Of a stretch of 64,000 bases of DNA, positions 11,001 through 20,704 are shown one piece after another. Origin of the DNA: Candidatus Hydrogenedentota bacterium (GTDB lineage: Bacteria > Hydrogenedentota > Hydrogenedentia > Hydrogenedentales > SLHB01); NCBI GenBank assembly GCA_045863295.1, contig BTWA01000001.1:106677-170676 (forward strand), read 5' to 3'. Position 1 is the first letter of the stretch, and each line of letters opens with the position of its first letter. Below the pieces are notes generated by a model that was given only the letters and a program-made list of their open reading frames with translations, was not told where the DNA came from and ran no database searches. The position numbers and the translations under genes are program-made.

Positions 11001-11649
11001 CGGCGGAGGAGCGACGCCCATCCATGGTGCGAACGGTGTCATTCGGTTTACGGGAGAATCGGGTTCCTTTGGCAAATTGGGTATCGCCACCAAAGTGGTG
11101 ACCCTTCTGCGCACAACAGAAATTATCAAGTTGCGTCTGCCATCCGTGCGCGACAAAGGTTTGACCTTTGATACATGCCAGGGGGAGTTGGTATTTGAAA
11201 ACGGAGTCATGCGTTTGGCGCATTTCGAGGCACGTACCCCGAGCTATGAAATCAAAGCGGCGGGTCAGACCGATTTTCCCCGTGATGCTATGGACCTTGA
11301 GATTGTTTTCAATCCCATGGAAACAGTAACCGGTGTCGCCAAACCAATACCCATATTGGGCGAAATCATCGGAAAAGTCGGTGCCATTGGCGGCATTCCC
11401 ATCAAGGCCACCGGGCCGATAGCCGACCCCAAGGTGGGAATATCTGCCGTTGGAATCCTCACACGGGCACTGCCAACGGGCAAGGTAGAGTCCGCAGAAC
11501 CACCGGCTGGCGAGTTCGAAACCCTGGATGCGGGAGCAACGCCACCGGCCGTCGAAGCGCCCACCGGTGGCGAAGCAGGCGTAGAAAACTCACTGAGCGA
11601 TGAATTGATCGAAAAGGCCTCGGAAGCCGTACGCGACTTGGTTCGATAG
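8095..11649 (+). CDS. AsmA-like family (bridge-like lipid transport) protein
   Basis: N-terminal TM followed by 'YRPLLEERLTRWTGQP.I..LDI'. Long beta-strand-rich body. AsmA-like C-terminus (GLTFD...G...F.NG....; PIKATGPIADPKV). Confidence 0.8.
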   Translation: MDVRPPTKIPRSPLRKWLWPVVALGILVIVIKGGEWAMGADRYRPLLEERLTRWTGQPASIARLDIDLLPIPTLTASSVSLGSGDFRAESPMVSARIDLTALARGILDISRIHVYDLIVVLPEKPADAAEKLKTLGPEKQSQPQGQSPFDVTLTRIEADAAKLFLGQQAKEPVLVAEVAVENVLEPAIFIHGDGALIGYGEGARIRTDLQIDTKAGGEIKVGVSGTFSIDRIDTGMLLPDSPAPALVANMYGTIERTGPALVALTIGGSAAPVQKDPRLDALSGAFEGAKAWWDNGDIIVNDFHWASPGMDAVSDITVGIDQNTSVLVNTFSMNAAGIEAVLSANPPGNFTVTADPGAVFTARDITFDIDPSRHLILGSGTGEFSGIHLAIDDGARAFSDIHGRLSVANRSLVIENLVSEGFTISGTVTPDFADQSYGLDLKGELVLTRERVLGFVDANGLSEAQGTLRVSRFTASVVSGEGAPNDLRIEGDISGGVLGFDTEGWKDRLTQIEGTFAAEADSVATQLAAKSQQLGDVSVKGSYLIEQKRWDGTVSGDLTAVKVSFGESDAAKKITPDVLRAFGSSTFHTIVTLPESENGPITLEAARSGVPRLNADITWSYLDDAYGLGELSLDADLPADAVRSVLPESLIASGPVAVQVDAQVTQETLAATVDMTEASLEIGSDFQKETGTPAVLHLTGTSGAGQWAADTLTLDLDGQTISGRMEKDRFVSDDIHVDLSGLNSLLRDGRKTSGTISGRFTSAPATADLTLSNAHLDWSQDVGLGPVNGRIVLGENGVAFHSLVVHGANSDCELNGEERAGAWSGSLQGDQLDLNAIEALYTAITKLTVESEETAETATTKPASPPKRGSFTVNLGRVLYRRAQFTDASATVRFDEKGFHIDKLSAVPGSGSLHGNVDFSRGTKGAPGQIRTVVSLDHVDARTLDGLAFAESRDIAGQLTGSIDLVMPAGGGATPIHGANGVIRFTGESGSFGKLGIATKVVTLLRTTEIIKLRLPSVRDKGLTFDTCQGELVFENGVMRLAHFEARTPSYEIKAAGQTDFPRDAMDLEIVFNPMETVTGVAKPIPILGEIIGKVGAIGGIPIKATGPIADPKVGISAVGILTRALPTGKVESAEPPAGEFETLDAGATPPAVEAPTGGEAGVENSLSDELIEKASEAVRDLVR

Positions 11650-11794
11650 CCGCCGGTGGTTGCGCCAAGTCCGGCGATTGGCTCCAAAATGACCTGAACC
11701 CAGCAACCTGTTATACTTGCGGCCGCCCGAATCCGGGATGTGCTGATTCCGCGCGCACCGGGTGCAACGAGTATTCAACGAGGACTTCACAACC

Positions 11795-12730
11795 ATGAAT
11801 GGTGTGGCATATCCACTGACCGACGGCCCCCCCAGGGTTCAAATTCAAACCCAGGCCGGGTGCAATGGCCGTTGCGTGTTTTGTCCCAACGAAGAACTCC
11901 TGGCCACGGACATGCCGCACGGCAAGATGTCGTGGGAACTGTTCACAAAGATCATTGACGAATTGGCCACAATGCCGCCGCGACGGATCGGGCTGTACAT
12001 GATGAACGAACCGCTCTCCGACAAGCGCATGCCGGAGTTTGTGAGGTACGTGTCGGAGAAGATCCCGAGCACCAAATCGCAGATTATCACCAATGGCACT
12101 GCATTGAATGAAACCATGGCGGAAGCCCTGATCGACGCGGGGCTCAAGGAATTGAAGTGCAGTCTGCAATCGCTCGACCCTGAGACCAACAAGCAAATCA
12201 TGGGATACGAGAGCACGAAAGTCATCGAAAATTGCATCAATTTCAAGAAGGCGTTGAAACGCAAGCGGTCCAAGCTTGAGTTCCGTGTTTCGATGGTGGT
12301 GCAAAAGAGCAACGTGGACGACATTCCAAAGATACGAAAGTTTTGGGACCGGCACCGGGTGCGGCTCGTAACCTCTGCCTTGGAGAATCGCGGCGGAAAC
12401 ATCAAGGCGGCGTCCGAGATGAACATCGGCGAAATGAAATCCATGGGCAACTGCATCCGTCCTTCGCGGGACCTGATGATACTTTACAATGGTGACGTGC
12501 CGTTGTGTTGTGTGGATTGGTTCCGAACCACCATTCTGGGGAATGTGGAGCGGCAGTCTATCCGCGAGGTTTGGCACGGAGACGCGGTGCAGCGGATTCG
12601 TGACGGATTGCGGGAAGGCGATGTGACCAAGTTGCCGGATATATGCCGTAACTGCGGCGAAAGTGCGGTGCCTCATATGCATCGCCGGGGATTGAAGGGC
12701 ATCCTGAGCCGGCTGGCTGCGGCATTCTGA
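11795..12730 (+). CDS. Radical SAM/SPASM domain protein
   Basis: CNGRCVFC (CxxxCxxC), NEP, ITNG, and a SPASM-type C..P...I..NGDVPLCC...LGNV...IREVW...CRNC. Alternative GTG start at 11762. Confidence 0.9.
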   Translation: MNGVAYPLTDGPPRVQIQTQAGCNGRCVFCPNEELLATDMPHGKMSWELFTKIIDELATMPPRRIGLYMMNEPLSDKRMPEFVRYVSEKIPSTKSQIITNGTALNETMAEALIDAGLKELKCSLQSLDPETNKQIMGYESTKVIENCINFKKALKRKRSKLEFRVSMVVQKSNVDDIPKIRKFWDRHRVRLVTSALENRGGNIKAASEMNIGEMKSMGNCIRPSRDLMILYNGDVPLCCVDWFRTTILGNVERQSIREVWHGDAVQRIRDGLREGDVTKLPDICRNCGESAVPHMHRRGLKGILSRLAAAF

Positions 12731-12890
12731 ATCCGCGCGCGTAGGTCGTTCGGATGGGTGGGCGTGCCTCAGGCAACAGCCGGCACAAGTTCGATGTCAC
12801 TCGCATTACGTTATTCGCCGTCAAGAAGCGTTAGGGCATGCGTCGCCGGACACAAACAGTGACCACGTTACAAGGCGAAAGGGGAATCTC

Positions 12891-13166
12891 ATGAGCAGCG
12901 AAGACCTGGATATGCGATTTGCGCAGGCCGCCGAAGACGTGACGAAGCTGCCCGAAGCGCCAGATAACACGATTATGCTGCAACTATACGGATTGTTTAA
13001 ACAAGCAACCAAGGGCGATTGCGATGGAAAGCGCCCTGGAATTCTCGATTTAATCGGGCGCGCCAAATACGATTCCTGGGCGGAAAACAAGGGGACACCC
13101 CAGGAAACTGCCAAAGAGAAGTACATTGCATTGGTCGCTGAATTGAAAAGCAACGTGGGAAAGTAA
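12891..13166 (+). CDS. Acyl-CoA-binding protein (ACBP)
   Basis: LYGLFKQATKGD...RPG..D..GRAKYDSW...KG...AKEKYI is the ACBP signature. Confidence 0.95.
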   Translation: MSSEDLDMRFAQAAEDVTKLPEAPDNTIMLQLYGLFKQATKGDCDGKRPGILDLIGRAKYDSWAENKGTPQETAKEKYIALVAELKSNVGK

Positions 13167-13189
13167 TCCACCGGGGAAGGAATCGCGAC

Positions 13190-14032
13190 ATGAAAGTGGG
13201 CGTCAATCTGTTGCTGTGGACGGGCGTGGTGACGGAGAAAGAGTTGGACTTATTGCCGGTCATCAAATCTTGGGGCGCAGATGGCGTGGAACTGCCGATG
13301 TTTTCGCCTGATGCGTCTCCCTGGAAGACCGTGGCCAAGGCGTGTGATGACCACGGCCTGGGCAGGTCGACCGTGGCGGTGTTGCCTCCGGGCGCCAATC
13401 TCATTGGAGACGAAGCCGCCGAACGCAAAGCGGCGGTCGATTTCCTGAAGGCCTGTGTCGATGCCAGTGCAAGCATGGGCGCCGACGTGTTGTGCGGTCC
13501 GGTATACAGTCCGGTGGGACGTCTTGTAGGTCGTGGCCCGACTGATGAAGAGCGTGCCCGGTGCATTGAGGGGTTGAAGTCGGTCGGCGAGCATGCCAAA
13601 GGCACTGGCGTAAAAGTCGCCGTCGAACCGTTGAACCGGTTCGAGACCTACTTTCTCAACACGCAGTCTGATACCGCAAAAATCGTTGACGCGGTGGGCC
13701 TTGATTCCATCGGTCAAATGTTTGACACCTTTCATGCAAACATAGAAGAGAAAGACGTGGCAAAGTGCATTGCCGATGGCGGCAAACGCATCGTGCATGT
13801 GCATATTTCGGCCAACGATCGCGCCACCCCTGGCGAAGATCATATCGATTATGTCTCGCCAATGAAGGCGTTGAAAACCATCGGATACAACGGATGGCTG
13901 ACCCTGGAGGCGTTTGGACAACGCCTGCCCGAGCTTGCCGCGGCTACGTGCATCTGGCGCAAGATGGCGCCGAGTGAAGAATACATCGCCGAACACGGCG
14001 CGAAGTTCATCAAGAAGTTGATTCAATCGTGA
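13190..14032 (+). CDS. Sugar phosphate isomerase/epimerase (D-psicose/D-tagatose 3-epimerase family)
   Basis: EPLNRFE, DTFHANIEE, HVHISANDR..PG..H, LEAF. Confidence 0.9.
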   Translation: MKVGVNLLLWTGVVTEKELDLLPVIKSWGADGVELPMFSPDASPWKTVAKACDDHGLGRSTVAVLPPGANLIGDEAAERKAAVDFLKACVDASASMGADVLCGPVYSPVGRLVGRGPTDEERARCIEGLKSVGEHAKGTGVKVAVEPLNRFETYFLNTQSDTAKIVDAVGLDSIGQMFDTFHANIEEKDVAKCIADGGKRIVHVHISANDRATPGEDHIDYVSPMKALKTIGYNGWLTLEAFGQRLPELAAATCIWRKMAPSEEYIAEHGAKFIKKLIQS

Positions 14033-14171
14033 CCGCTTGAACCTGGATTTGGTGGACCGTCGTCGTGTTTCTCAGCTCATTGATCTCCCGTCCCGCGCAC
14101 TTTCGCGCGGAGCAGGGTAGTGAGGATTTCCATCCGTAGCGAGTACTCCCCCCGTTTAAGGAGTTTTTACC

Positions 14172-16175
14172 ATGTTCCGACTGTCGTGCATCTGCCTCGT
14201 AGCGTATGCCGTGGGTGCCGCACTTGCCGCCGCGCAGCACACAATTCACGTTTCACCGGATGGCGCCAATGGAGCGCTGACAACGGTTCACGCTGCGCAA
14301 GAGGCTGTGCGCGCTTTGAAGAAGGACGCACCCCTGACACAGCCGGTACAGGTCGTCATCCATGCGGGAACTTATCCGCTGGATCAACCGTTGGCCTTTA
14401 CCCCTGACGATTCCGGCACGGCTGATGCCCCGGTCACGTATGTCGCCGCGCCAGGCGCGAAGCCGGTGCTGAGCGCGGGACGAGTCATCACTGGATGGCG
14501 CGAAGTGGACGGCAAATGGGTTGCCGATCTGCCAGAGACAAAGAACGGCGCCTGGGTGTTCAGCTCGCTGTGGGTGAACGGCAAGCTACGTACACTCGCT
14601 CGCACTCCCAACGAAGGATTTCATCTCACGGCCGGAAAAGTCGCGGGTGCGCAGGATGCCGAAGGAAAATGGACCGATGTGGCCTACCGTGCGTTCGTGT
14701 TCAAGCCCGGCGATATTCAACACTGGGAAGGCGGCGGGAATGCGCGCGTGGTGGCTATCCATTCCTGGGATACCTCGCACTTCCGCATCGAGTCGATCGA
14801 CAATGCCACAAACACAGTAACTCTCGCCGGAAAGACGTCGTGGCCCTATGAACATTGGGGACCGGAGCAGCGGTACTTTGTGGAAAACTTTCCGCAAGCA
14901 CTGGACGCACCGGGCGAATGGTATCTCGACACTGTTAATGGAGTGGTGACCTATATTCCGATGCCGGGCGAGACCCTCGATAACACAACGATAGTGGCGC
15001 CAAAGTTGGCGAGCGTGGTCACCTTCTCCGGTGATGCGGCCAACGCCACGCACGTAGAGCATGTGACGTTGGACGGACTTGTTCTAAAGCACGCGGATCA
15101 CACGATCGGGCCGGATGGTTTTACGAACCAACAAGCAGCCTGGAGCGTGCACGGAGCGATTCAAGGGCAAGGCGCGCGCAACGTAGCGATCAAAAACTGC
15201 GAGATAACGGAGTCCGGCACGTATGGGATTTGGTTCCAGCAGCAATGCGAAGACATTGCCATAGTCCACAACAACATCCACGATATGGGGGCCGGTGGCG
15301 TTCGTATCGGGCACATGGGCAACGATCCCACCGTGCGCGCGACCATCGACAATAATTGGATTCACGACCTTGGCCAAATCTATCCGGCCGCGGTGGGCGT
15401 CTGGATCGGGCGAAGCTCGCACAATACTATCTCGCACAACCGGATTCACGACTTCTATTACACCGGCATTTCGATCGGCTGGTCGTGGGGATACGACGAA
15501 TCGTCGGCTAACCACAACGTCATCGAATACAACCACGTGTACAATCTCGGGAAAGGCCTGCTGAGCGACATGGGCGGCATTTACTTGTTGGGCATTGCGC
15601 CCGGCACAACTGTGCGCAACAACGTCTTTCACGACATTGAATCGTTCTACTACGGCGGATGGGGCATCTATCCCGACGAAGGAAGCAGCGAACTGCTGAT
15701 CGAAAACAACATCGCATACAACACGAAGACTGGCGGGTTTCACCAGCATTATGGCCGCGAAAACATCGTGCGCAACAACATTTTTGCTTTCTCCAAGAAT
15801 GCGCAAATCATGCGAACCCGCGAAGAAGATCACATCTCGTTCCGGTTTGAACGGAACATCGTCTATTTCGACAACGGCAACCTGCTCGGAAGCAACTGGA
15901 AGAATGAAAAGTTCGTCATCAACAACAACTGCTATTGGGACACTTCCGGAAAAGGATTCACCTTTGCGAATGCCACGCTGGACGAATGGCGGGCCCGCGG
16001 CCACGACGTGAACTCCATTATCGAAGATCCGCTGTTCATCAACGCCGAAGCCCGTGATTTCAGCCTGAAGCCCGAATCGCCGGCGATCAACACCATTGGT
16101 TTTGCCCCCATCGATACCTCCAAAGTGGGTCTCTACGGCGAAGCGGAATGGGTCAACGCACCGAACGGGAAATAG
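14172..16175 (+). CDS. Secreted right-handed parallel beta-helix protein (GH141-like/pectin-lyase fold)
   Basis: HVSPDG start, LDAPGEWYLD, YTGISIGWSWG, LSDMGGIY, GIYPDEGSS, many I.NN repeats. Confidence 0.85.
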   Translation: MFRLSCICLVAYAVGAALAAAQHTIHVSPDGANGALTTVHAAQEAVRALKKDAPLTQPVQVVIHAGTYPLDQPLAFTPDDSGTADAPVTYVAAPGAKPVLSAGRVITGWREVDGKWVADLPETKNGAWVFSSLWVNGKLRTLARTPNEGFHLTAGKVAGAQDAEGKWTDVAYRAFVFKPGDIQHWEGGGNARVVAIHSWDTSHFRIESIDNATNTVTLAGKTSWPYEHWGPEQRYFVENFPQALDAPGEWYLDTVNGVVTYIPMPGETLDNTTIVAPKLASVVTFSGDAANATHVEHVTLDGLVLKHADHTIGPDGFTNQQAAWSVHGAIQGQGARNVAIKNCEITESGTYGIWFQQQCEDIAIVHNNIHDMGAGGVRIGHMGNDPTVRATIDNNWIHDLGQIYPAAVGVWIGRSSHNTISHNRIHDFYYTGISIGWSWGYDESSANHNVIEYNHVYNLGKGLLSDMGGIYLLGIAPGTTVRNNVFHDIESFYYGGWGIYPDEGSSELLIENNIAYNTKTGGFHQHYGRENIVRNNIFAFSKNAQIMRTREEDHISFRFERNIVYFDNGNLLGSNWKNEKFVINNNCYWDTSGKGFTFANATLDEWRARGHDVNSIIEDPLFINAEARDFSLKPESPAINTIGFAPIDTSKVGLYGEAEWVNAPNGK

Positions 16176-16485
16176 CGGGTTCTGGCTCCAGTGGGAAAGC
16201 GGGAAAAGAGGCACCCGCTTGCGGGATCGTGGTTTTTGCAGTATAGTCACTATGGTACGTTATAGGCGGATCGGGGTTAGGGTACCGCCTTAAGTACCGG
16301 GTAATGGCAAGGACCGTGCCGGGCAATGCACACGGCCCGACTCCAGCAATGGAATGAAGGTTGCGGCTTTCCCCTCTCTTCACTCCGTCCGCCATACGCA
16401 GAATGCCGGTCGATTTGAATTCGGAGCCGGGCCTGAAGAAGGGCCGGGCGAATGACATAGTTATGGCGGATGCGACAGAGTTGCT

Positions 16486-18780
16486 ATGAGTGCAATTGCC
16501 GTTAAATCGACGAAGTGGACGTTGGACATTATGTCCAAGCTCAGCAAGGCGAATGTTCGAGTTCGGAACACTGAGCACATCACGGACGACATGGCCATTG
16601 TCTTTGTCGTGAACCATTTCACGCGGCTCGAGACTATCCTCCTCCCCTACTACCTCAACAAACACACCGGCCGAGAAGTTTGGTCGCTTGCCGCCGCCGA
16701 ACTGTTTCGTGGCCGCATCGGACAATATCTGCTCACCATGGGCAACGTGTCCACCAAGGATCCCGACCGGGACAGAATCATGGTTCGCACACTGATCCTC
16801 GGCGAACACCCCTGGATCATTTTTCCCGAAGGCGCCATGATGAAGAACAAGAAGGTCGTGGACCGTCGGGGCATGTTTCAGATTTGCCTGCAAGGCAAGT
16901 GCCGGTTACCCCACACCGGCGCGGCAGTGATTGCGCTTCGCGCCGAGTTTTACAGGCGCAAATTGCAGCACCTGAAAGACGATCCGGCTTATGAGTCCGT
17001 TTTGAAGGAAGTCTCAGAGCAGTTCGACCTGCAGGATCTCGGCAGCGCGCTGACAAAGCGCACTGTAATCGTGCCAGTGAACGTAACCTATTTCCCTATC
17101 CGCGCCGAAGACAATGTTGTGTTGCGCGTTGCGCGCGGCGTAGCCAAGGATTTGAGCAAGCGGGCACTCGAAGAGCTTTCCGTAGAAGGTACGGTGTTAT
17201 CGCAGAACACCGACATCGATATAACCTTGGGGCCTCCCATCGACATCGGAGAATACCTGGATGCGGCCGAATTCCAGGATCTCTTGACGGAATCCGGGGA
17301 CCCTGTCGGACTTCAGGAAGAAGATGTCCGATCAAAGTTCAGCGAAGCAGGCCGCAGGCTCATGGTCCGCTACATGACGGACATCTATAACATGACGACG
17401 GTCAACTATGATCACGTCATCGGGACCGTGGTGCGCAATCAGCGGGCGCGCCGATCCTCGGAAAGAACCTACGGCCATCGGATCTATTTGGCTACAGAGC
17501 GGCTGCGAAAGGTCAGTGGTTTACGGCTGCATCCCGGACTCGAGAAGACGTACCGCGACCTCGCCTACGACGAGCCCTGTCCTTACTTTCAAGACTTTAT
17601 GGAGGTCTGCATCAAGGATGGGGTGTTGGAGGAATCCGGCGACGGATACATCAAGCGAATCGGATTGCGGGAGAACGAGGCGGACTTTCACACCGTGCGT
17701 CAGGACGACCTGCCTTCGGTAATAGCGAACGAAATCGAGCCCATGCCGCTGGTCACATCCATCATTCAGAATGTGGCGTATATGCCGCACAAGGTGCTTG
17801 GGCGGCACATCCGGGATCAATTTCAACGCGAAGACGAGTGTAACTTCGAATTGGACTATGCCGAATACGCCATTCCCGGCGAAAGCAAACCTCCCGCCGT
17901 CGGAAGGCCGTTTCTTCTGCTTCCGGAACGGGTGAAAGGCGGTATGGTGCTCATTCACGGCTATATGGCAGCGCCGCTCGAAGTCCGAAACCTCGCCGAA
18001 TATTTTTATCAGCGCGGTTACGCCGTCTACGGCGTGCGGCTGAAGGGGCACGGAACGTCGCCCGAAGATCTTGCGCAGACCCGTTGGGAGGAATGGTATG
18101 AATCGATGAACCGCGGTTATGCGATCATCAAGACGTTGACGGATAATATCGTGATTGGCGGCTTTTCAACCGGAGGCGCCCTGGCGCTGCTGGCAGCGGG
18201 CCGCAAGCGGGACAAGGTGAAGGCGGTCTTCAGCATTTGCGCTCCGCAAACGCTACGGAATTACATGGCCCGTTTCGCTTCCTCTATCGTTTCCATGAAC
18301 ACGTTGATGTCCAAGATCACCGGAGGTGGAAAGAACTGGGAATACGTCGAAAACAATCCCGAGAATCCCCACATCAATTACACGCGGAATCCACTTCGTG
18401 GCGTGAAACAATTGGGCGAGTTGATGAAGGCGACCGAGACCGCCTTGCCGGATATTTGCGTGCCGACCTTAATCGTTCAGAGCTACGGCGATCCCATTAT
18501 CAATCCGGTTAGTGCGATGAACATTTTTGAGGGCGTGGGAACGCATCTCAAAGAACTGACAGTTTTCGACCGGCCCAATCACGGAATCATCAACGGAGCG
18601 CACTCGGAAGAAGTGTTCGACCGGGTCGAAAGGTTCCTTACGTTCGCCAGGTCCAAATCCGATGCCGCACTGGCTTCCGAAGCAGCGCGAAAGCGCGTAC
18701 CCGAAACACCCCGACCCCAACGCTTTGCAAAGCCGGCCCCTGAAACCGGCGACGCGGAACCGGTGGCCGCACCCGCCTGA
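16486..18780 (+). CDS. PlsC-type acyltransferase fused to an alpha/beta-hydrolase (esterase/lipase)
   Basis: N-terminal NHFTRLE and IFPEG blocks. C-terminal LIHGY, GHGTS, GFSTGG nucleophile elbow, GDP and NHGI. Confidence 0.85.
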   Translation: MSAIAVKSTKWTLDIMSKLSKANVRVRNTEHITDDMAIVFVVNHFTRLETILLPYYLNKHTGREVWSLAAAELFRGRIGQYLLTMGNVSTKDPDRDRIMVRTLILGEHPWIIFPEGAMMKNKKVVDRRGMFQICLQGKCRLPHTGAAVIALRAEFYRRKLQHLKDDPAYESVLKEVSEQFDLQDLGSALTKRTVIVPVNVTYFPIRAEDNVVLRVARGVAKDLSKRALEELSVEGTVLSQNTDIDITLGPPIDIGEYLDAAEFQDLLTESGDPVGLQEEDVRSKFSEAGRRLMVRYMTDIYNMTTVNYDHVIGTVVRNQRARRSSERTYGHRIYLATERLRKVSGLRLHPGLEKTYRDLAYDEPCPYFQDFMEVCIKDGVLEESGDGYIKRIGLRENEADFHTVRQDDLPSVIANEIEPMPLVTSIIQNVAYMPHKVLGRHIRDQFQREDECNFELDYAEYAIPGESKPPAVGRPFLLLPERVKGGMVLIHGYMAAPLEVRNLAEYFYQRGYAVYGVRLKGHGTSPEDLAQTRWEEWYESMNRGYAIIKTLTDNIVIGGFSTGGALALLAAGRKRDKVKAVFSICAPQTLRNYMARFASSIVSMNTLMSKITGGGKNWEYVENNPENPHINYTRNPLRGVKQLGELMKATETALPDICVPTLIVQSYGDPIINPVSAMNIFEGVGTHLKELTVFDRPNHGIINGAHSEEVFDRVERFLTFARSKSDAALASEAARKRVPETPRPQRFAKPAPETGDAEPVAAPA

Positions 18781-18935
18781 GCCGGCATTCCTTTGATCCG
18801 ATGATCCGCGTGCCGATCGAAATTGAACAGCAACTCCTGTCTTTTCCAACCCATGATGCACCACCTCCAGAGCCTTACGTAGAGCGGGTGAAATCAGCAG
18901 AAGCGTTACACATGCGCAACAAAACCGAGCACATG

Positions 18936-18991
18936 TGTTCGATTCGACGCCTATACTCCAGTCGGATAGACATACAGGCGTCGATTGGGCA
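18936..18991. promoter_or_regulatory. Candidate upstream activator (enhancer-binding) sites
   Basis: Three related quasi-palindromes (TTCGATTCGACG, GTCGGATAGACA, GTCGATTGGGCA) about 60-115 bp upstream of a sigma54 promoter. Includes the inverted pair TCGACGCCT/AGGCGTCGA. Confidence 0.4.
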
Positions 18992-19050
18992 TATGCCCTA
19001 AGATTCTTTTGGACAAACACTTATACATAGCTGTTCCGCCGGATGCGCCG

Positions 19051-19067
19051 CTGGCACGCAGTTTGCC
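19051..19067 (+). promoter_or_regulatory. Sigma54 (-24/-12) promoter
   Basis: CTGGCACGCAGTTTGCC = TGGCAC-N5-TTGC, about 45 nt before the ATG at 19114, which has a GGAGGT RBS. Confidence 0.8.
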
Positions 19068-19113
19068 TATCAGAACCCAACCCTTGTAGCCATGGTGTCT
19101 CCGGAGGTGCTGA

Positions 19114-20217
19114 ATGGACGTTTTTCCCGCTCTCGATCCGATACCCCTTCCCGCACCGGTGTGGGTCTTCAAGGGGTTGCACACGGCGACCCTTGCACTT
19201 CATTTTCTTGCAGTTCACTTTCTTGTGGGGGGGCTCATGTTGGCCACATGGTGGTCACTACGGGGACGACTGCAACGCGATCCCATGATGCTGACGGCGT
19301 CCGGGTTGGTCGTACACCGCCTTCCTCTGGTCATGACCTTTGTCATCAACCTGGGTGTACCGCCGCTCCTCTTTACACAAGTTCTTTACGGCCGAGCTTT
19401 TTACACGGGCAGCGTGCTCATCGGGTTTTGGTGGCTGAGTGTTGTGCCCTTCGCAATAATCGGTTACACAATGCTTTACATCATGGAAAAGATGGCCGCG
19501 GGGCGCCGCTTTACGGCGTGGGTTGGCCTTATAGCCATTGTCGTGGTCCTCAAAGTCGGCATGATTTTTAGCCGGACAATGACCCTCATGCTCCAACCCG
19601 AAGGCTGGAACGACATGTATCGATCCAGCGCCTTGGGCATGCACTTTGGCGCAACCAGCGACATGTGGGCGCGATGGAGCTTCATGACACTGGCCGCGGT
19701 AGGCGTCACTGGCATTGCTTTGATGCTAATGGCGTTGAAGAGTGGTATTACACCGGACGTGGCTACGTTCCTGCGCAAGCGAGGGGGTTGGGTGCTGGCC
19801 GTGTTCTCCGGTGTGCAACTCATACTGGCCGTTTGGGTTCTGCAGACCCAACCTGCGCCCGTGCGAGAAGCACTGATGGCGAGCACAGGCTACAAGATTA
19901 TTGCGGGACTCTGGGCGCTTAGCGCCGTAGGCCTGATCGCGATGGGTCTATGGAGTGTCCGATCGGCGTCACCATGGCTCGCATGGGGAGCATTGGCCAA
20001 GGGCTTTGTAAACACCGTGTTGCTCGTTCTCTTTCGCGACGGTATCCGCGATGTAACCCTGACTCAAGCAGGCTTCAACGTGTGGGATCAGCCGGTTGTT
20101 ACAAATTGGTCCACGGTGGGTCTGTTTCTCATTCTGTTCGTGGCCGCTGTCGCAATTGTGTTGTGGATGAGTTGGGTGATGCTTCGGGCCAAACCGGCGG
20201 AGGAACGCTACGCATGA
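19114..20217 (+). CDS. Cytochrome bd-like oxidase partner subunit (CydA-paralogous membrane protein)
   Basis: About 9 TM helices. PIPLPAP...LHFLAVHFLVGG, INLGVPPLLF.QVLYG and RDGIRD echo the CydA-like subunit at 21880. Confidence 0.65.
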   Translation: MDVFPALDPIPLPAPVWVFKGLHTATLALHFLAVHFLVGGLMLATWWSLRGRLQRDPMMLTASGLVVHRLPLVMTFVINLGVPPLLFTQVLYGRAFYTGSVLIGFWWLSVVPFAIIGYTMLYIMEKMAAGRRFTAWVGLIAIVVVLKVGMIFSRTMTLMLQPEGWNDMYRSSALGMHFGATSDMWARWSFMTLAAVGVTGIALMLMALKSGITPDVATFLRKRGGWVLAVFSGVQLILAVWVLQTQPAPVREALMASTGYKIIAGLWALSAVGLIAMGLWSVRSASPWLAWGALAKGFVNTVLLVLFRDGIRDVTLTQAGFNVWDQPVVTNWSTVGLFLILFVAAVAIVLWMSWVMLRAKPAEERYA

Positions 20218-20230
20218 AGGAAGACTTCCG

Positions 20231-20704
20231 ATGAGCAAACCAGCCAAGACGCCGCCGCACGGTGAGCCGGTTGGCCGCCGCCGGTTCGTGCAAGTCAGCG
20301 TTGGAGCTGTTGGCGCCTGCTACGCGGCGGTCATTGGATACCCGGTGTACCGCTACCTGGCCACGCCGGCGGTGCGTGCCGAAGCATTGGGGGCGATCAC
20401 CGAAGTCGCCATTCCTGAGAGCGACCTGCCCAAGGCGGGCAGCGTGCTCCGGTTCATGTTTGGTTCCCGGCCAGCCATGTTGATCCACCACACCACCGGC
20501 GAGATGGTGTGCTTCGACGCGCAATGCACGCATCTCGGTTGCACTGTGCAATTCCAAGCAGAGCAAAATCGCATCTACTGTGCTTGCCACGGCGGCGTGT
20601 ACGACATGCACACCGGCAAGAATGTGGCTGGGCCGCCCCCAAAGCCATTGAAACAATACAACGTGGAGGTCGCCGATGGGCAAGTCGTCATCTCTCGCGC
20701 ATAA
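20231..20704 (+). CDS. Rieske 2Fe-2S subunit of a Rieske/cytochrome b complex
   Basis: Tat signal GRRRFV, CTHLGC and CACHGG boxes, GPPPKPL. Confidence 0.95.
   Translation: MSKPAKTPPHGEPVGRRRFVQVSVGAVGACYAAVIGYPVYRYLATPAVRAEALGAITEVAIPESDLPKAGSVLRFMFGSRPAMLIHHTTGEMVCFDAQCTHLGCTVQFQAEQNRIYCACHGGVYDMHTGKNVAGPPPKPLKQYNVEVADGQVVISRA

Noticed and set aside
11795..12730. RiPP cluster around the radical SAM/SPASM gene
   Set aside because: No precursor peptide, RRE/PqqD domain, protease or transporter adjacent.
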